The position numbers and the translations under genes are program-made. Under the pieces are notes generated by a model, which saw only the letters and a program-made list of their open reading frames with translations, had not been told where the DNA came from and searched no databases. Shown here in pieces: positions 8,978-17,328 of a stretch of 64,000 nt of DNA. This DNA is from an uncultured Alphaproteobacteria bacterium (GTDB lineage: Bacteria > Electryoneota > RPQS01): the NCBI GenBank assembly GCA_964406405.1, contig CAYORN010000004.1, positions 136,163 through 200,162 on the forward strand, written 5' to 3'. Position 1 is the first letter of the stretch. Each line of letters starts with the position of its first letter.

Positions 8978-9385
8978 TTAGAGGGAAGATTGTGCTGTCG
9001 CTCGTTCGCGCATCTGCAGAATGCGCTCTTTCGGCAGCACGACTTGATGGACGTTGCCATGGGCGATACGACGATTGCCGTCCGTGATTTCGAAGCGGCA
9101 GGCCAGATGATGCTCGCGCACCCGGGTCGAAATCGCCGTCAATTTCAGATGCTGTCCGACAAGGGCCGGCGAGTGATGATGAATAAACAACCCGCTGCCG
9201 ATCCCGTCTTCATGCGGCTCCAGAAACGGTTCGAGCAGCAGGCGACAGACGTATTCGGCGTGGTGACAGGCCCAGTAGGTGGGATAAAACGGATGTAGCG
9301 GCTTGCCGCCGAACTCGACGACCATCTCCGCCGTCACCTGCACGTACAGCACCTCTTCCAGCCCCGGCCGCAGTCCCGGTTTCAT
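8978..9385 (-). CDS. Hotdog-fold thioesterase (FlK-like)
   Basis: 135 aa. The pattern ...HHAEYVCRLLLEPFL..GIGSGLFIHHHSPALVGQHLKLTA...FEITDGNRRIAHG.H resembles FlK-type acyl-CoA thioesterases. Confidence 0.6.
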   Translation of the reverse strand: MKPGLRPGLEEVLYVQVTAEMVVEFGGKPLHPFYPTYWACHHAEYVCRLLLEPFLEPHEDGIGSGLFIHHHSPALVGQHLKLTAISTRVREHHLACRFEITDGNRRIAHGNVHQVVLPKERILQMRERATAQSSL

Positions 9386-10092
9386 TACGCCGCCTCACTT
9401 GTAGACCCGGTGCCGGGTCCGAAGATCCGCTCGAATTCACTCCGTACGTCGCGTTCGAACGCCGCGATGTCCAGCGTGTACCCGTGCTCGCGCAGCGACG
9501 TCACAAATTTGCGATGCGGACGCCCGGCGCGGTAATCCGGCGTCCGCTGAGGGTGCTTCAGATAGCGTTCCATCGCATCCGTGTTGCTGCTGGCATTCAG
9601 GATCGCATGTAAGAACACGAGTTGGCGGTTGCGATAAATTGCCGTCCCTGCGATCTTTTGTTCGCCCAGGGCAATGTCCGAAATTCCCTTGTGCGAAAGT
9701 TCCTGCACACCCTGCGTCTCTAAAGCATGGATGATAATCTGCAGGAATAATTTGAAATACTCTTTCGACGACAATTGATCTTCCGTGCGCACCGCGAACG
9801 ACGCCACCAGCATGTCCGGCGAAAGCACCACGGCGCAGCCGCCCGTGGCCCGGCGGAGTACGGGAATGCGATCGTGCTCCGCGTTGCTCAAATACACCTC
9901 CAGCGCCAGAGCAGAGCCTTTGCCGATCACCACCAGCATGCGCGAGGGCTGCCACACCAGGCACTTATTGCCGTTTCCCATGGACTCAGTAAACGCTGCA
10001 TCCGGCAGATCGTAAGAGCTGATCTCGAACGCAGCGTTTCGTGTGTCTTCCGTCATCACAGGTCGGTGCTCAGACATGCAGTGGCTTGCCAA
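9385..10092 (-). CDS. Lipoate-protein ligase / octanoyltransferase family protein (BPL_LplA_LipB domain)
   Basis: LVVIGKGSALALEVYLSNAEHDRIPVLRRATGGCAVVLSPDML... and KGISDIALGEQKIAGTAIY (conserved lysine region). Start uncertain. The ATG at 10056 would remove the overlap with lpd. Confidence 0.7.
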   Translation of the reverse strand: MASHCMSEHRPVMTEDTRNAAFEISSYDLPDAAFTESMGNGNKCLVWQPSRMLVVIGKGSALALEVYLSNAEHDRIPVLRRATGGCAVVLSPDMLVASFAVRTEDQLSSKEYFKLFLQIIIHALETQGVQELSHKGISDIALGEQKIAGTAIYRNRQLVFLHAILNASSNTDAMERYLKHPQRTPDYRAGRPHRKFVTSLREHGYTLDIAAFERDVRSEFERIFGPGTGSTSEAA

Positions 10093-11422
10093 TCGCCTTG
10101 AACCCCGCTTCCATGAACGTTTCGCTGATCGTCGGATGCGCGTGTACAGCCTTGGTCATACTCTCGAGTGTGTCTTCGAGCGACATGCTCATCACCGCTT
10201 CCGCGATCAATTCGGTCGCCCGCGCCGAAACAATGTGTACGCCAAGGATCTCGCCATACTTCTGATCGGCGAGGATCTTGACGAACCCTTCCGTCTGCCC
10301 CTCGACCATCGCCTTGCTGTTGACGGACATCGGAAATTCGCCCTTCACATACTCGATGCTGCGCGCCTTAACCTGCTCTTCTGTCAGACCCACCGCGGCA
10401 ATTTCCGGGTCGAGATAAATATTCACTGGTAGCTTGTCATAGTCGAGCGGATCCTTCACGCCGACCATGTGATTCGTCGCCGTCGAACCTTGCGCGGACG
10501 CAAAGTGGGCGAAGATCGTTCCTGTCACGTCGCCGATCGCATAAATGTTTGGCGCGTTGGTCTGCATAAACTCATTCGTCTTCAAAAAGCCGTGCTTCTT
10601 GTCAAGACGAATATCGGTCATCTCCGGCAGCACCGCGGTGCGTTCGCTGCAATTGAGCACCAGATCGCATTCGACGAGTTCGTCGCCGACCATCACGCCG
10701 CCGTCCTTCGCACCGCTGATCTGCCTTTCGAAGTGGACCTTGATCCCCTGTTTCTTGAAGCGTTCGCGCACATACGATGTGCATGCCTCATCCAGCCACG
10801 GCATCAATTTCGAATTCGACGTCACGATGCTCACTTGCTTACCGATCAGGTGCAGCATGTTGGCCATTTCGCAGGCCACCGTGTCGCCGCCGTTGATCAC
10901 GTAACGCTCCGGGGTTTCGGGGAGCGCGTAGAAGTCGTCAATCTCCATGACCCGTCCGGTCGGCAGGGAAGAGGCAAACGTGCGGTCGGGGCGGGAGCCG
11001 GTGGCGATGATGATGTTCTTCGCGATCAGCACCTCATCACCTACGCGCACATTCGTCGCGCCATCCAAGGAAGCCGTACCGTGGATGACTTCCACGCCGT
11101 TCTTCTTCATCAGGAATTCGACGCCCTTGACGAGCTTGGTCACGATGCGGTCCTTTTCCGCAACGGCTTTCTTCCAGTTGAAGCGCAGGGCTTTCGGATC
11201 CACGCCTTCGATGCCAAAACCGGCCGCGCTGTTGCGAATCCGGTCAAAGAGCTTGGCGGACTCCATTAGGCGGCGCGACGGGATGCAGCCCCAGTTCAGG
11301 CAGCAGCCGCCCATTTTCTGTTTTTCCACCAGGGCGGTTTTCATGCCGAGTTGCGCGCCGCGAATCGCGGCCACGTATCCGCCCGGCCCCGCGCCGATGA
11401 TGACTAAATCAAAGTTCTTCAT
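10070..11422 (-). CDS. lpdA: Dihydrolipoyl dehydrogenase (E3), copy 1
   Basis: 450 aa with GAGPGGYVAA, the redox-active GGCCLNWGCIPS, and the C-terminal HAHPTISE interface motif. Confidence 0.95.
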   Translation of the reverse strand: MKNFDLVIIGAGPGGYVAAIRGAQLGMKTALVEKQKMGGCCLNWGCIPSRRLMESAKLFDRIRNSAAGFGIEGVDPKALRFNWKKAVAEKDRIVTKLVKGVEFLMKKNGVEVIHGTASLDGATNVRVGDEVLIAKNIIIATGSRPDRTFASSLPTGRVMEIDDFYALPETPERYVINGGDTVACEMANMLHLIGKQVSIVTSNSKLMPWLDEACTSYVRERFKKQGIKVHFERQISGAKDGGVMVGDELVECDLVLNCSERTAVLPEMTDIRLDKKHGFLKTNEFMQTNAPNIYAIGDVTGTIFAHFASAQGSTATNHMVGVKDPLDYDKLPVNIYLDPEIAAVGLTEEQVKARSIEYVKGEFPMSVNSKAMVEGQTEGFVKILADQKYGEILGVHIVSARATELIAEAVMSMSLEDTLESMTKAVHAHPTISETFMEAGFKAIGKPLHV

Positions 11423-11468
11423 GGTTCTCCTGTTCCCCCCCGCAAAATGGGAGGATGAAGGGGGGAAA

Positions 11469-12797
11469 TTACATCATCAACATCGTGACCGGCTCGGCCA
11501 GCAGCGCCATGATCTCCAGCAGGAAGCGCGCCGCGTCTCCGCCATCCACAATGCGATGATCGAAACTCAGTGACAAAGGAAGGATGTGGCCGGGCACGAT
11601 CTGTCCGTTCTTCACGATGGGCTTCTCAAGGATGCGGCCGACGCCGAGGACCGCCACTTCCGGATAATTGATGACCGGCACGCCGTACGTTCCGGCGAGC
11701 GAACCGTAATTCGTGATCGTGAACGTCCCGTCGCGGATCTCATCGAGTGTCAGCTTGCGCTCGCGGGCGCGGATCGAAAGATCGGCGAGGATCTTCGCGA
11801 TCTCGTAAATACTCCGTTGATCGGCGTCCTTGACGACCGGCACGACCAGCCCTTCCGGCGTATCCACCCCAATGCCGATGTTGTAATAGCGGTTGTAGAT
11901 CACGCGGTTGTGCTCGAGGTCGAGACGGCAGTTGAGCTTCTTATGCTTGCGCAGCGCCATCGCCACCGCTTTGATCACAAACGGCAGATAGGAGAGCTTC
12001 ACTCCGGCGGCCGCGGCCTGCTCTTTGGCATCCTGCCGCAGGGCGACCAGCTTGGACACTTCCAGTTCTTCAAAGGCCGTCGCGTGCGGAGCAGTGTATT
12101 TCGACTGCGCCATGCGCGCGGCGATGGACTTGCGGATCTGCGACAGCTCTTCGACTTCGGTGCGCTCGCCGGGCGCGGCCAGCGGTGCGGAGCGGGGAGG
12201 AGTGAACGTGAAACTCGGAGCCGCGCCGGACTTCTGCCGCTCTGCCGCTTTGATGATATCTTCCTTCATCACGCGACCGCTCGGGCCGGTCCCCGTGACG
12301 GAGTTGATGTCAACGTTCATGTCCCGCGCCATCTTGCGCGCCACCGGTGTCGCCAGCGCTTTGCGGCCATTCGCGACGTGCGCTTTCTCGTGATCGAGCT
12401 CAAATCCTTCACCTGTCGCCGGCAGAAAATCGTTCGTATTGGAAACCGGAATCGAGCCGACCACCCCAAACCCCGGCTCGTCCACCGCTTCTTCGTGCGT
12501 GTCCGCGATCGCCGCCGCCGGAGTCGCATGACCGGGAGTATCCGACGCAACCGGCGTCCCCTCGGTTTCGATCTCAGCGATCACGTTGCCGACGTGAATA
12601 ATCTGTCCGACCTCGCCAAACGTCTTGCCGATCACACCCGTGCGCGGAACCGGAATGTCGGTCACCACCTTGTCGGTTTCGACCTTCATCAACGGATCGC
12701 CTTCGCGCACCTTCTGGCCGGGCTTCACGTACCACTCGAGGATCTTGCCCTCGTGAATGCCTTCGCCGATATCGGGAAACTTGAATGAGTATGGCAT
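11469..12797 (-). CDS. Dihydrolipoamide acyltransferase (E2) of a 2-oxoacid dehydrogenase complex
   Basis: 442 aa with a single lipoyl domain (ETDKVVTDIPVP), a peripheral subunit-binding domain (LATPVARKMARDMNVDINSVTGTGPSGRV) and a catalytic DHRIVDG motif. Confidence 0.95.
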   Translation of the reverse strand: MPYSFKFPDIGEGIHEGKILEWYVKPGQKVREGDPLMKVETDKVVTDIPVPRTGVIGKTFGEVGQIIHVGNVIAEIETEGTPVASDTPGHATPAAAIADTHEEAVDEPGFGVVGSIPVSNTNDFLPATGEGFELDHEKAHVANGRKALATPVARKMARDMNVDINSVTGTGPSGRVMKEDIIKAAERQKSGAAPSFTFTPPRSAPLAAPGERTEVEELSQIRKSIAARMAQSKYTAPHATAFEELEVSKLVALRQDAKEQAAAAGVKLSYLPFVIKAVAMALRKHKKLNCRLDLEHNRVIYNRYYNIGIGVDTPEGLVVPVVKDADQRSIYEIAKILADLSIRARERKLTLDEIRDGTFTITNYGSLAGTYGVPVINYPEVAVLGVGRILEKPIVKNGQIVPGHILPLSLSFDHRIVDGGDAARFLLEIMALLAEPVTMLMM

Positions 12798-12821
12798 GGA
12801 ACTAATTATGAAGGATGAATT

Positions 12822-12833
12822 ATGAAGTATGAA
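12822..12833. repeat. Left arm of a 12-13 bp perfect inverted repeat bracketing the four-helix-bundle gene
   Basis: atgaagtatgaa at 12822-12833 is the exact reverse complement of ttcatacttcat at 13219-13230. Confidence 0.85.
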
Positions 12834-12842
12834 GCAGACATG

Positions 12843-13217
12843 CTATCCTGACATTCTCCGCTTCACCTTGACGACAATGGTGGTTAAGATCGCAATGAGC
12901 TCATTCGCTTCTTGACGCAACGGAGCAAGTTTGCCTTCCGGAACGATCTTGGATTCGACCAATAATTGCATCCAGTAAGCAGATTCGTCAAGCTCCTGAA
13001 TCGCACCTTGGAGCTTGCTTACATAATCAGGCTCTGATTTGGCACGAATCGCTTCCCGGTAATGTGCACCCACTGATGCGCCAGATCGCAAGACTTGTAG
13101 CCCGTATGTTTGGGCCGGATGTGCTTTGGGAAGCGATGTGTACAGTTTGCCAATTCGAACGGCAAATTCCTTGGTACGATTACGAAGGTCGCCGCCAGGC
13201 TCTGCGTCATCCTTCAT
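12843..13217 (-). CDS. Four-helix-bundle protein (the family known from 23S rRNA intervening sequences)
   Basis: 124 aa. FAVRIGKLYTSLPK...GLQVLRSGASVGAHYREAIRAKSEPDYVSKLQGAIQELDESAYWMQLL matches the TIGR02436-type pattern. AT-richer than the flanking E2 and E1-beta genes. Confidence 0.75.
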   Translation of the reverse strand: MKDDAEPGGDLRNRTKEFAVRIGKLYTSLPKAHPAQTYGLQVLRSGASVGAHYREAIRAKSEPDYVSKLQGAIQELDESAYWMQLLVESKIVPEGKLAPLRQEANELIAILTTIVVKVKRRMSG

Positions 13218-13218
13218 A

Positions 13219-13230
13219 GTTCATACTTCA
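13219..13230. repeat. Right arm of the inverted repeat bracketing the four-helix-bundle gene
   Basis: See 12822-12833. Confidence 0.85.
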
Positions 13231-13239
13231 TAGTTGAAG

Positions 13240-14238
13240 TTAGAAGTCCATGACCTTTTTGATCTCGTAGAACACGCGATCCGGCGTATGGAAGTAGAGA
13301 TCTTCACTCTTCGGCAGCGGCGGCATCGTGTCGTTGCCGGCTAAGCGGGCAGGCGGAGCTTCGAGATAGAGGAACGCCTTCTCATTGATCACGGTGATCA
13401 CTTCTGCCGCAACGCCGTAGCTGCGCGGCCCCTCATGCACGACGAGCGCGCGTCCGGTCTTCTTCACCGATTCGGCAATCGCCACGCGGTCGAGCGGGTA
13501 AATGGTGCGCAGATCGAGTAGCTCCACCGAGATACCGGCCTTCTCGCACATCGGCAGCGCTTCCTGCACCGTGCGCATCATCGCGCCATAGGTGATCACG
13601 GTGATGTGCCGCCCCTCCTGCACGACTTTTGCCTTGCCGATCTGAATGCGATAAGCTTGTTCGGGCACGTCCTGCTTTACCGCGCGGTAGAGGCGCTTCG
13701 GTTCCTGAAAAATCACCGGATCGTTGTCTTCAATCGCGCTGATCATCAGCCCCTTGGCGTCATACGGCGTGGATGGCACCACGACTTTCAAACCGGGAAT
13801 GTGGCCGTAAATCGCTTCGTTTGCTTCGCTGTGCGACTCGAGCGCCTTCACGCCACCGCCATAGGGGAAGCGAATGACCATCGGAATCGAAAACCGCCCG
13901 CGTGTGCGATAGCGATAGCGAGCGACATGCGAAATAATCTGGTTGAACGCGGGATACACGAAGCCGTCGAACTGCATTTCCACGACCGGTCGCAACCCGG
14001 CAATCGCCATGCCCACGCCGGCCCCGACGATCACCGACTCAGCAAGTGGCGTGTCGAACACGCGCTTGACGCCGTGCTTCTTCTGCAAACCTTCAGTCAC
14101 GCGGAAGACGCCGCCTTCAACGCCGACGTCCTCACCAAAGCACAGCACGTTCTCGTCGTCCGCGAGCTTATTGTCCAGTGCGGAATTGAGCGCCTGCACC
14201 ATTGTCATCACGGCCATGGTTACTTGCCCTCCTTCCAC
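13240..14238 (-). CDS. 2-oxoacid dehydrogenase E1 component, beta subunit
   Basis: 332 aa with the transketolase-like pyrimidine-binding and C-terminal domains (FGEDVGVEGGVFRVT..., PIVIRFPYGGG). Confidence 0.95.
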   Translation of the reverse strand: MEGGQVTMAVMTMVQALNSALDNKLADDENVLCFGEDVGVEGGVFRVTEGLQKKHGVKRVFDTPLAESVIVGAGVGMAIAGLRPVVEMQFDGFVYPAFNQIISHVARYRYRTRGRFSIPMVIRFPYGGGVKALESHSEANEAIYGHIPGLKVVVPSTPYDAKGLMISAIEDNDPVIFQEPKRLYRAVKQDVPEQAYRIQIGKAKVVQEGRHITVITYGAMMRTVQEALPMCEKAGISVELLDLRTIYPLDRVAIAESVKKTGRALVVHEGPRSYGVAAEVITVINEKAFLYLEAPPARLAGNDTMPPLPKSEDLYFHTPDRVFYEIKKVMDF

Positions 14239-15389
14239 ATCAGGAATTTCTTGTATTCCGCCAACTGCTCCGTCAGTGTGTCGGGCATGGTCTCATACAT
14301 GTGGCTGAAGATTTCCTCGGCGCTGTTCTGCGGAAACGCTTCGCACTCGCGGAACTGCGCTTCCACCTCCGCCGTGACCTGCTCGGTGTGTTCAGTTTCT
14401 TGCTTCTCGCTCCACAATCCGCGTTCCTCCAGGAAGAGCTTCACGCGGATCAGCGGATCGCGCGGCGCCCACAGCGCTTCCTCTTCGGCGGTACGGTATT
14501 TTGTCGGATCGTCGGACGTGGTATGCGCCGCCATGCGGTACGTTACGGCTTCGATCAGCACCGGGCCTTTGCCGCTGCGCGCCCAGTCCACGGCCTCCTT
14601 GGTGGCGCGATACACTGCCAGCAAATCGTTGCCGTCCACCTGAATGCCGGGGATCTCAAACCCGATCCCCTTTTGCGCCAGCGTTTTCGCTTTCGTTTGC
14701 AGCTCGCGCGGCACTGAGATCGCCCACTGATTATTGTTGCAGAAGAAGATCACCGGGCAGTCAAAAACGGCCGCCCAATTCAACCCTTCCGAGAAATCGC
14801 CTTCGGAAGTGCCACCGTCGCCAAAGTAGGTGATGACGACCTCCTTGCCGCCGCGATAATTAATCGCGTGCCCAATGCCCGCCGCGTGCGGTAACTGCGA
14901 TGAAATCGGCACGGCGGTTGGCAGTACGTTCACACCTTCAGGATACGTGTTGCCGTACTCGCTGCCGCTATAGAACATATAAATGTTCTTCAGCGGCACG
15001 CCGCGCCAGATCTGCGCGCCCAGCTCGCGAAATGCGGGAACCATCCAGTCACGCTTTTCCAGCGCCATCGCGCTGCCCACAGCAGCAGCCTCCTGCCCCT
15101 TATTCGGCGGCAAAGTATAGAGTCGCCCTTGCCGTTGATAGGAAACCGCTTTCAGGTCGGCGATCCGCGCCTTGAGCATGACCTTGTACCCTTCGCGAAT
15201 CTGCTCATCGGAGAGGTCCGGCATCCATTCGGGAGCGATGATCTTGCCATTCGGGTCCAGAATCTCCAGCCGCCGACCGTTGAGCGGATAAAAGGCCTCA
15301 AAGAGCGAGAGCTGACCCACTTCTGTCAGGGCTTTCGGCTTACGATCCGTCACCAGATGGGTCGTCGTTTTCTGGGCGGGAACACTCAT
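14220..15389 (-). CDS. 2-oxoacid dehydrogenase E1 component, alpha subunit (TPP-binding)
   Basis: 389 aa with the TPP motif FGDGGTSEGDFSEGLNWAAV...FFCNNNQWAIS. Its stop overlaps the E1-beta start. Confidence 0.95.
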   Translation of the reverse strand: MSVPAQKTTTHLVTDRKPKALTEVGQLSLFEAFYPLNGRRLEILDPNGKIIAPEWMPDLSDEQIREGYKVMLKARIADLKAVSYQRQGRLYTLPPNKGQEAAAVGSAMALEKRDWMVPAFRELGAQIWRGVPLKNIYMFYSGSEYGNTYPEGVNVLPTAVPISSQLPHAAGIGHAINYRGGKEVVITYFGDGGTSEGDFSEGLNWAAVFDCPVIFFCNNNQWAISVPRELQTKAKTLAQKGIGFEIPGIQVDGNDLLAVYRATKEAVDWARSGKGPVLIEAVTYRMAAHTTSDDPTKYRTAEEEALWAPRDPLIRVKLFLEERGLWSEKQETEHTEQVTAEVEAQFRECEAFPQNSAEEIFSHMYETMPDTLTEQLAEYKKFLMWKEGK

Positions 15390-15483
15390 CTTAATTCCTG
15401 TTTTTAAGCAACTTGTTTCACTGATGGAAGGCCAAAATGCGAGGCAATATACGAATCATCCTAATTGGATAGGTTAAGTCCTA

Positions 15484-15512
15484 AATATACGCATTTTGTC
15501 CGTTTCCGCCAA
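15484..15512 (-). promoter_or_regulatory. Candidate sigma70-like promoter of the 866-15389 gene string
   Basis: The minus strand reads TTGGCG-17 nt-TATATT, about 95 nt upstream of the E1-alpha start. Confidence 0.3.
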
Positions 15513-15661
15513 GAGGATTTGTCGGTTGGAATTCATCGAAATCCCCCAAACTTACTTGCAAGTCAATGTTTAACAAGCAAGGGGAAATGCCGTCGCTGGT
15601 AGATTCCGCGAGCAGATGCCTCCTGCAAATGAGATGCGCTCAGAACAGAATTCGGGTACTC

Positions 15662-16645
15662 TTACCAGTGAGCATTTACCCAGTGTTGCCAAGCCACTTT
15701 AGGCTCACGGGTGGTGCGTTGCCGGAGGCCCATGGTATTGAACGGCTCGAATGTCAGAGGATCATAGATGAAAGACCAAATCGCGAACGACAAATTAGCC
15801 TCAGCCGTCAGCGTGAAGAAGCGATCCACAAACTCGGCCTGCTCTTCTTCACTACTCTCCCATCCAACAGGGGAGGCCGCACTGTGCCAGCCCAGTTCCA
15901 CGAAGGCAATTGGCGACGTAACGTGGCTGCGAACACTGCTATAGTAGTCGGTGGGAATCTCCGTGGGCGCCCCATAAATCAGGTCGGGATAGGACGTGAA
16001 AGCGATCAAATCCGCATCAGAGAAGCGTTCCAAGAGTACCCACTGCGCGTTGGTCGTGTCATTCACGCCGCCGAAGAGGCCGCCGTTCAGTCCCTTCATT
16101 TTCTCCAACTGAAACGCCGTAAAGACCTTTGTCTCTGGCGAATGATACTTCACTGTATCATAGACAGCCGGAAAGAACTCCGCAAAGTCATCAAACTCGG
16201 ACGGCTGAGTCTCTGCAAGAAGATTTATCTCCAATCCGAACCCCAAGTAAGCCGGATGATAGCGTGCCGCAAACCACGCCGCCGCGGAGAGGTACGCCTG
16301 TTTCGTCGAGTCGTTCAATGGACGCAAAAGAGTAAGGGAATCCTGATTAAAGAATTGCGCAATGATCACCGGAGTATAATCGTAAACCGTGCTCAAGCCG
16401 ACGACAACCGCCGGCGCCTGGATTGAATCTCCCAGTTGAATCCAGTCTCCCGCCCACGAGACGATGTCTCCGGCCTCCTGCGCCAGGGTGAAGAACTCTG
16501 TGATGTCCTCTCCGCTGAAGGAAAGAGGCAGGAAGTTGACTCCCTTCAGCGCAGCGGCCGGTGGCGGAGCCGTGTCTTTATCCTCGGATTTGTTACAGCC
16601 GATCAGCAGGATGACCGCGCTGAGTATCAAGATTCGCAGGTTCAT
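15662..16645 (-). CDS. Lipoprotein, possibly TIM-barrel glycoside-hydrolase-like
   Basis: Signal peptide plus lipobox (MNLRILILSAVILLIGC). ...PIAFVELGWHS... and ...LGFGLEINLLAE... are reminiscent of clan GH-A catalytic strands. The function call is weak. Confidence 0.5.
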   Translation of the reverse strand: MNLRILILSAVILLIGCNKSEDKDTAPPPAAALKGVNFLPLSFSGEDITEFFTLAQEAGDIVSWAGDWIQLGDSIQAPAVVVGLSTVYDYTPVIIAQFFNQDSLTLLRPLNDSTKQAYLSAAAWFAARYHPAYLGFGLEINLLAETQPSEFDDFAEFFPAVYDTVKYHSPETKVFTAFQLEKMKGLNGGLFGGVNDTTNAQWVLLERFSDADLIAFTSYPDLIYGAPTEIPTDYYSSVRSHVTSPIAFVELGWHSAASPVGWESSEEEQAEFVDRFFTLTAEANLSFAIWSFIYDPLTFEPFNTMGLRQRTTREPKVAWQHWVNAHW

Positions 16646-16835
16646 TGAAGTTGCCTTTGTTGATTCGTTCTACTCTCTTAAGTTAATAGAAGATGACACT
16701 GCTGTCAAGCCGAGGGGTAATGTGAAATGATTAACGATCCGGCAGACTATTCACAAAGGGGCGGGAGACCTGTACATCGCCGTCCGGTGGCAAATGTCAA
16801 CTGCCCTCAAATGATGCGCACAGCCAGAGTAAGCA

Positions 16836-16866
16836 AGACGGCCTCCGAACAATCCGGAGGCCGTCT
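16836..16866 (-). terminator. Hairpin terminator downstream of yjbQ
   Basis: Perfect 12-bp stem (agacggcctccg / cggaggccgtct) with a 7-nt loop, 22 nt past the stop. The following U-tract is weak. Confidence 0.55.
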
Positions 16867-16887
16867 GGATCTCTTTGGCATCTGTGA

Positions 16888-17307
16888 TCATTCGCCAACC
16901 ACCTGCACAAATACTTCTCGCCGTCGCGCGCGGTTGTCATGGTCAATTAAGGCAATCTGCTGCCATGTTCCCAGCGCCGGCTCTCCGTCGCTCACCGGCA
17001 CGGTGATTCCCGGCCCCATAAATGTCGCGCGAACGTGCGAGAAACCGTTGTCATCTCCCCAGGTGTCGCCGTGCCGCGTACGCGCCGTGTGCGGGACCAG
17101 CTTCTCCAGATACTCCTTCACGTCCTCGACCAGCGCCGGCTCAAACTCGATCGTGCTCACAGAAGCGGTAGAGCCGATCACGAAGACAGTGACTATCCCA
17201 TTACTGATTCCAGACGTCTGCACAATCTTCCGCACGTGCTCGGTCAGATCGTGAATATCTGAAAAACCCTTCGAGCTGATCGTGATTGTCTCGCCATGCA
17301 CGGCCAT
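16888..17307 (-). CDS. yjbQ: YjbQ/UPF0047 family protein (secondary thiamine-phosphate synthase)
   Basis: 139 aa. ...ITISSKGFSDIHDLTEHV...GIVTVFVIGSTASVSTIEFEP...H....GDDNGFSHVRATFMGPGITVPV..G...LGTWQQI is the characteristic family pattern. Confidence 0.85.
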   Translation of the reverse strand: MAVHGETITISSKGFSDIHDLTEHVRKIVQTSGISNGIVTVFVIGSTASVSTIEFEPALVEDVKEYLEKLVPHTARTRHGDTWGDDNGFSHVRATFMGPGITVPVSDGEPALGTWQQIALIDHDNRARRREVFVQVVGE

Positions 17308-17328
17308 GTTCTCCCCCTCATAAGATCT

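Noticed and set aside
8978-9385. Calling the hotdog thioesterase PaaI and the aldehyde dehydrogenase (866-2341) PaaZ, to complete a paa pathway.
   Set aside because: The sequence patterns fit generic FlK-like thioesterase and generic ALDH better than PaaI or the PaaZ fusion. There is no MaoC hydratase domain on the ALDH. Naming them would over-interpret the context.
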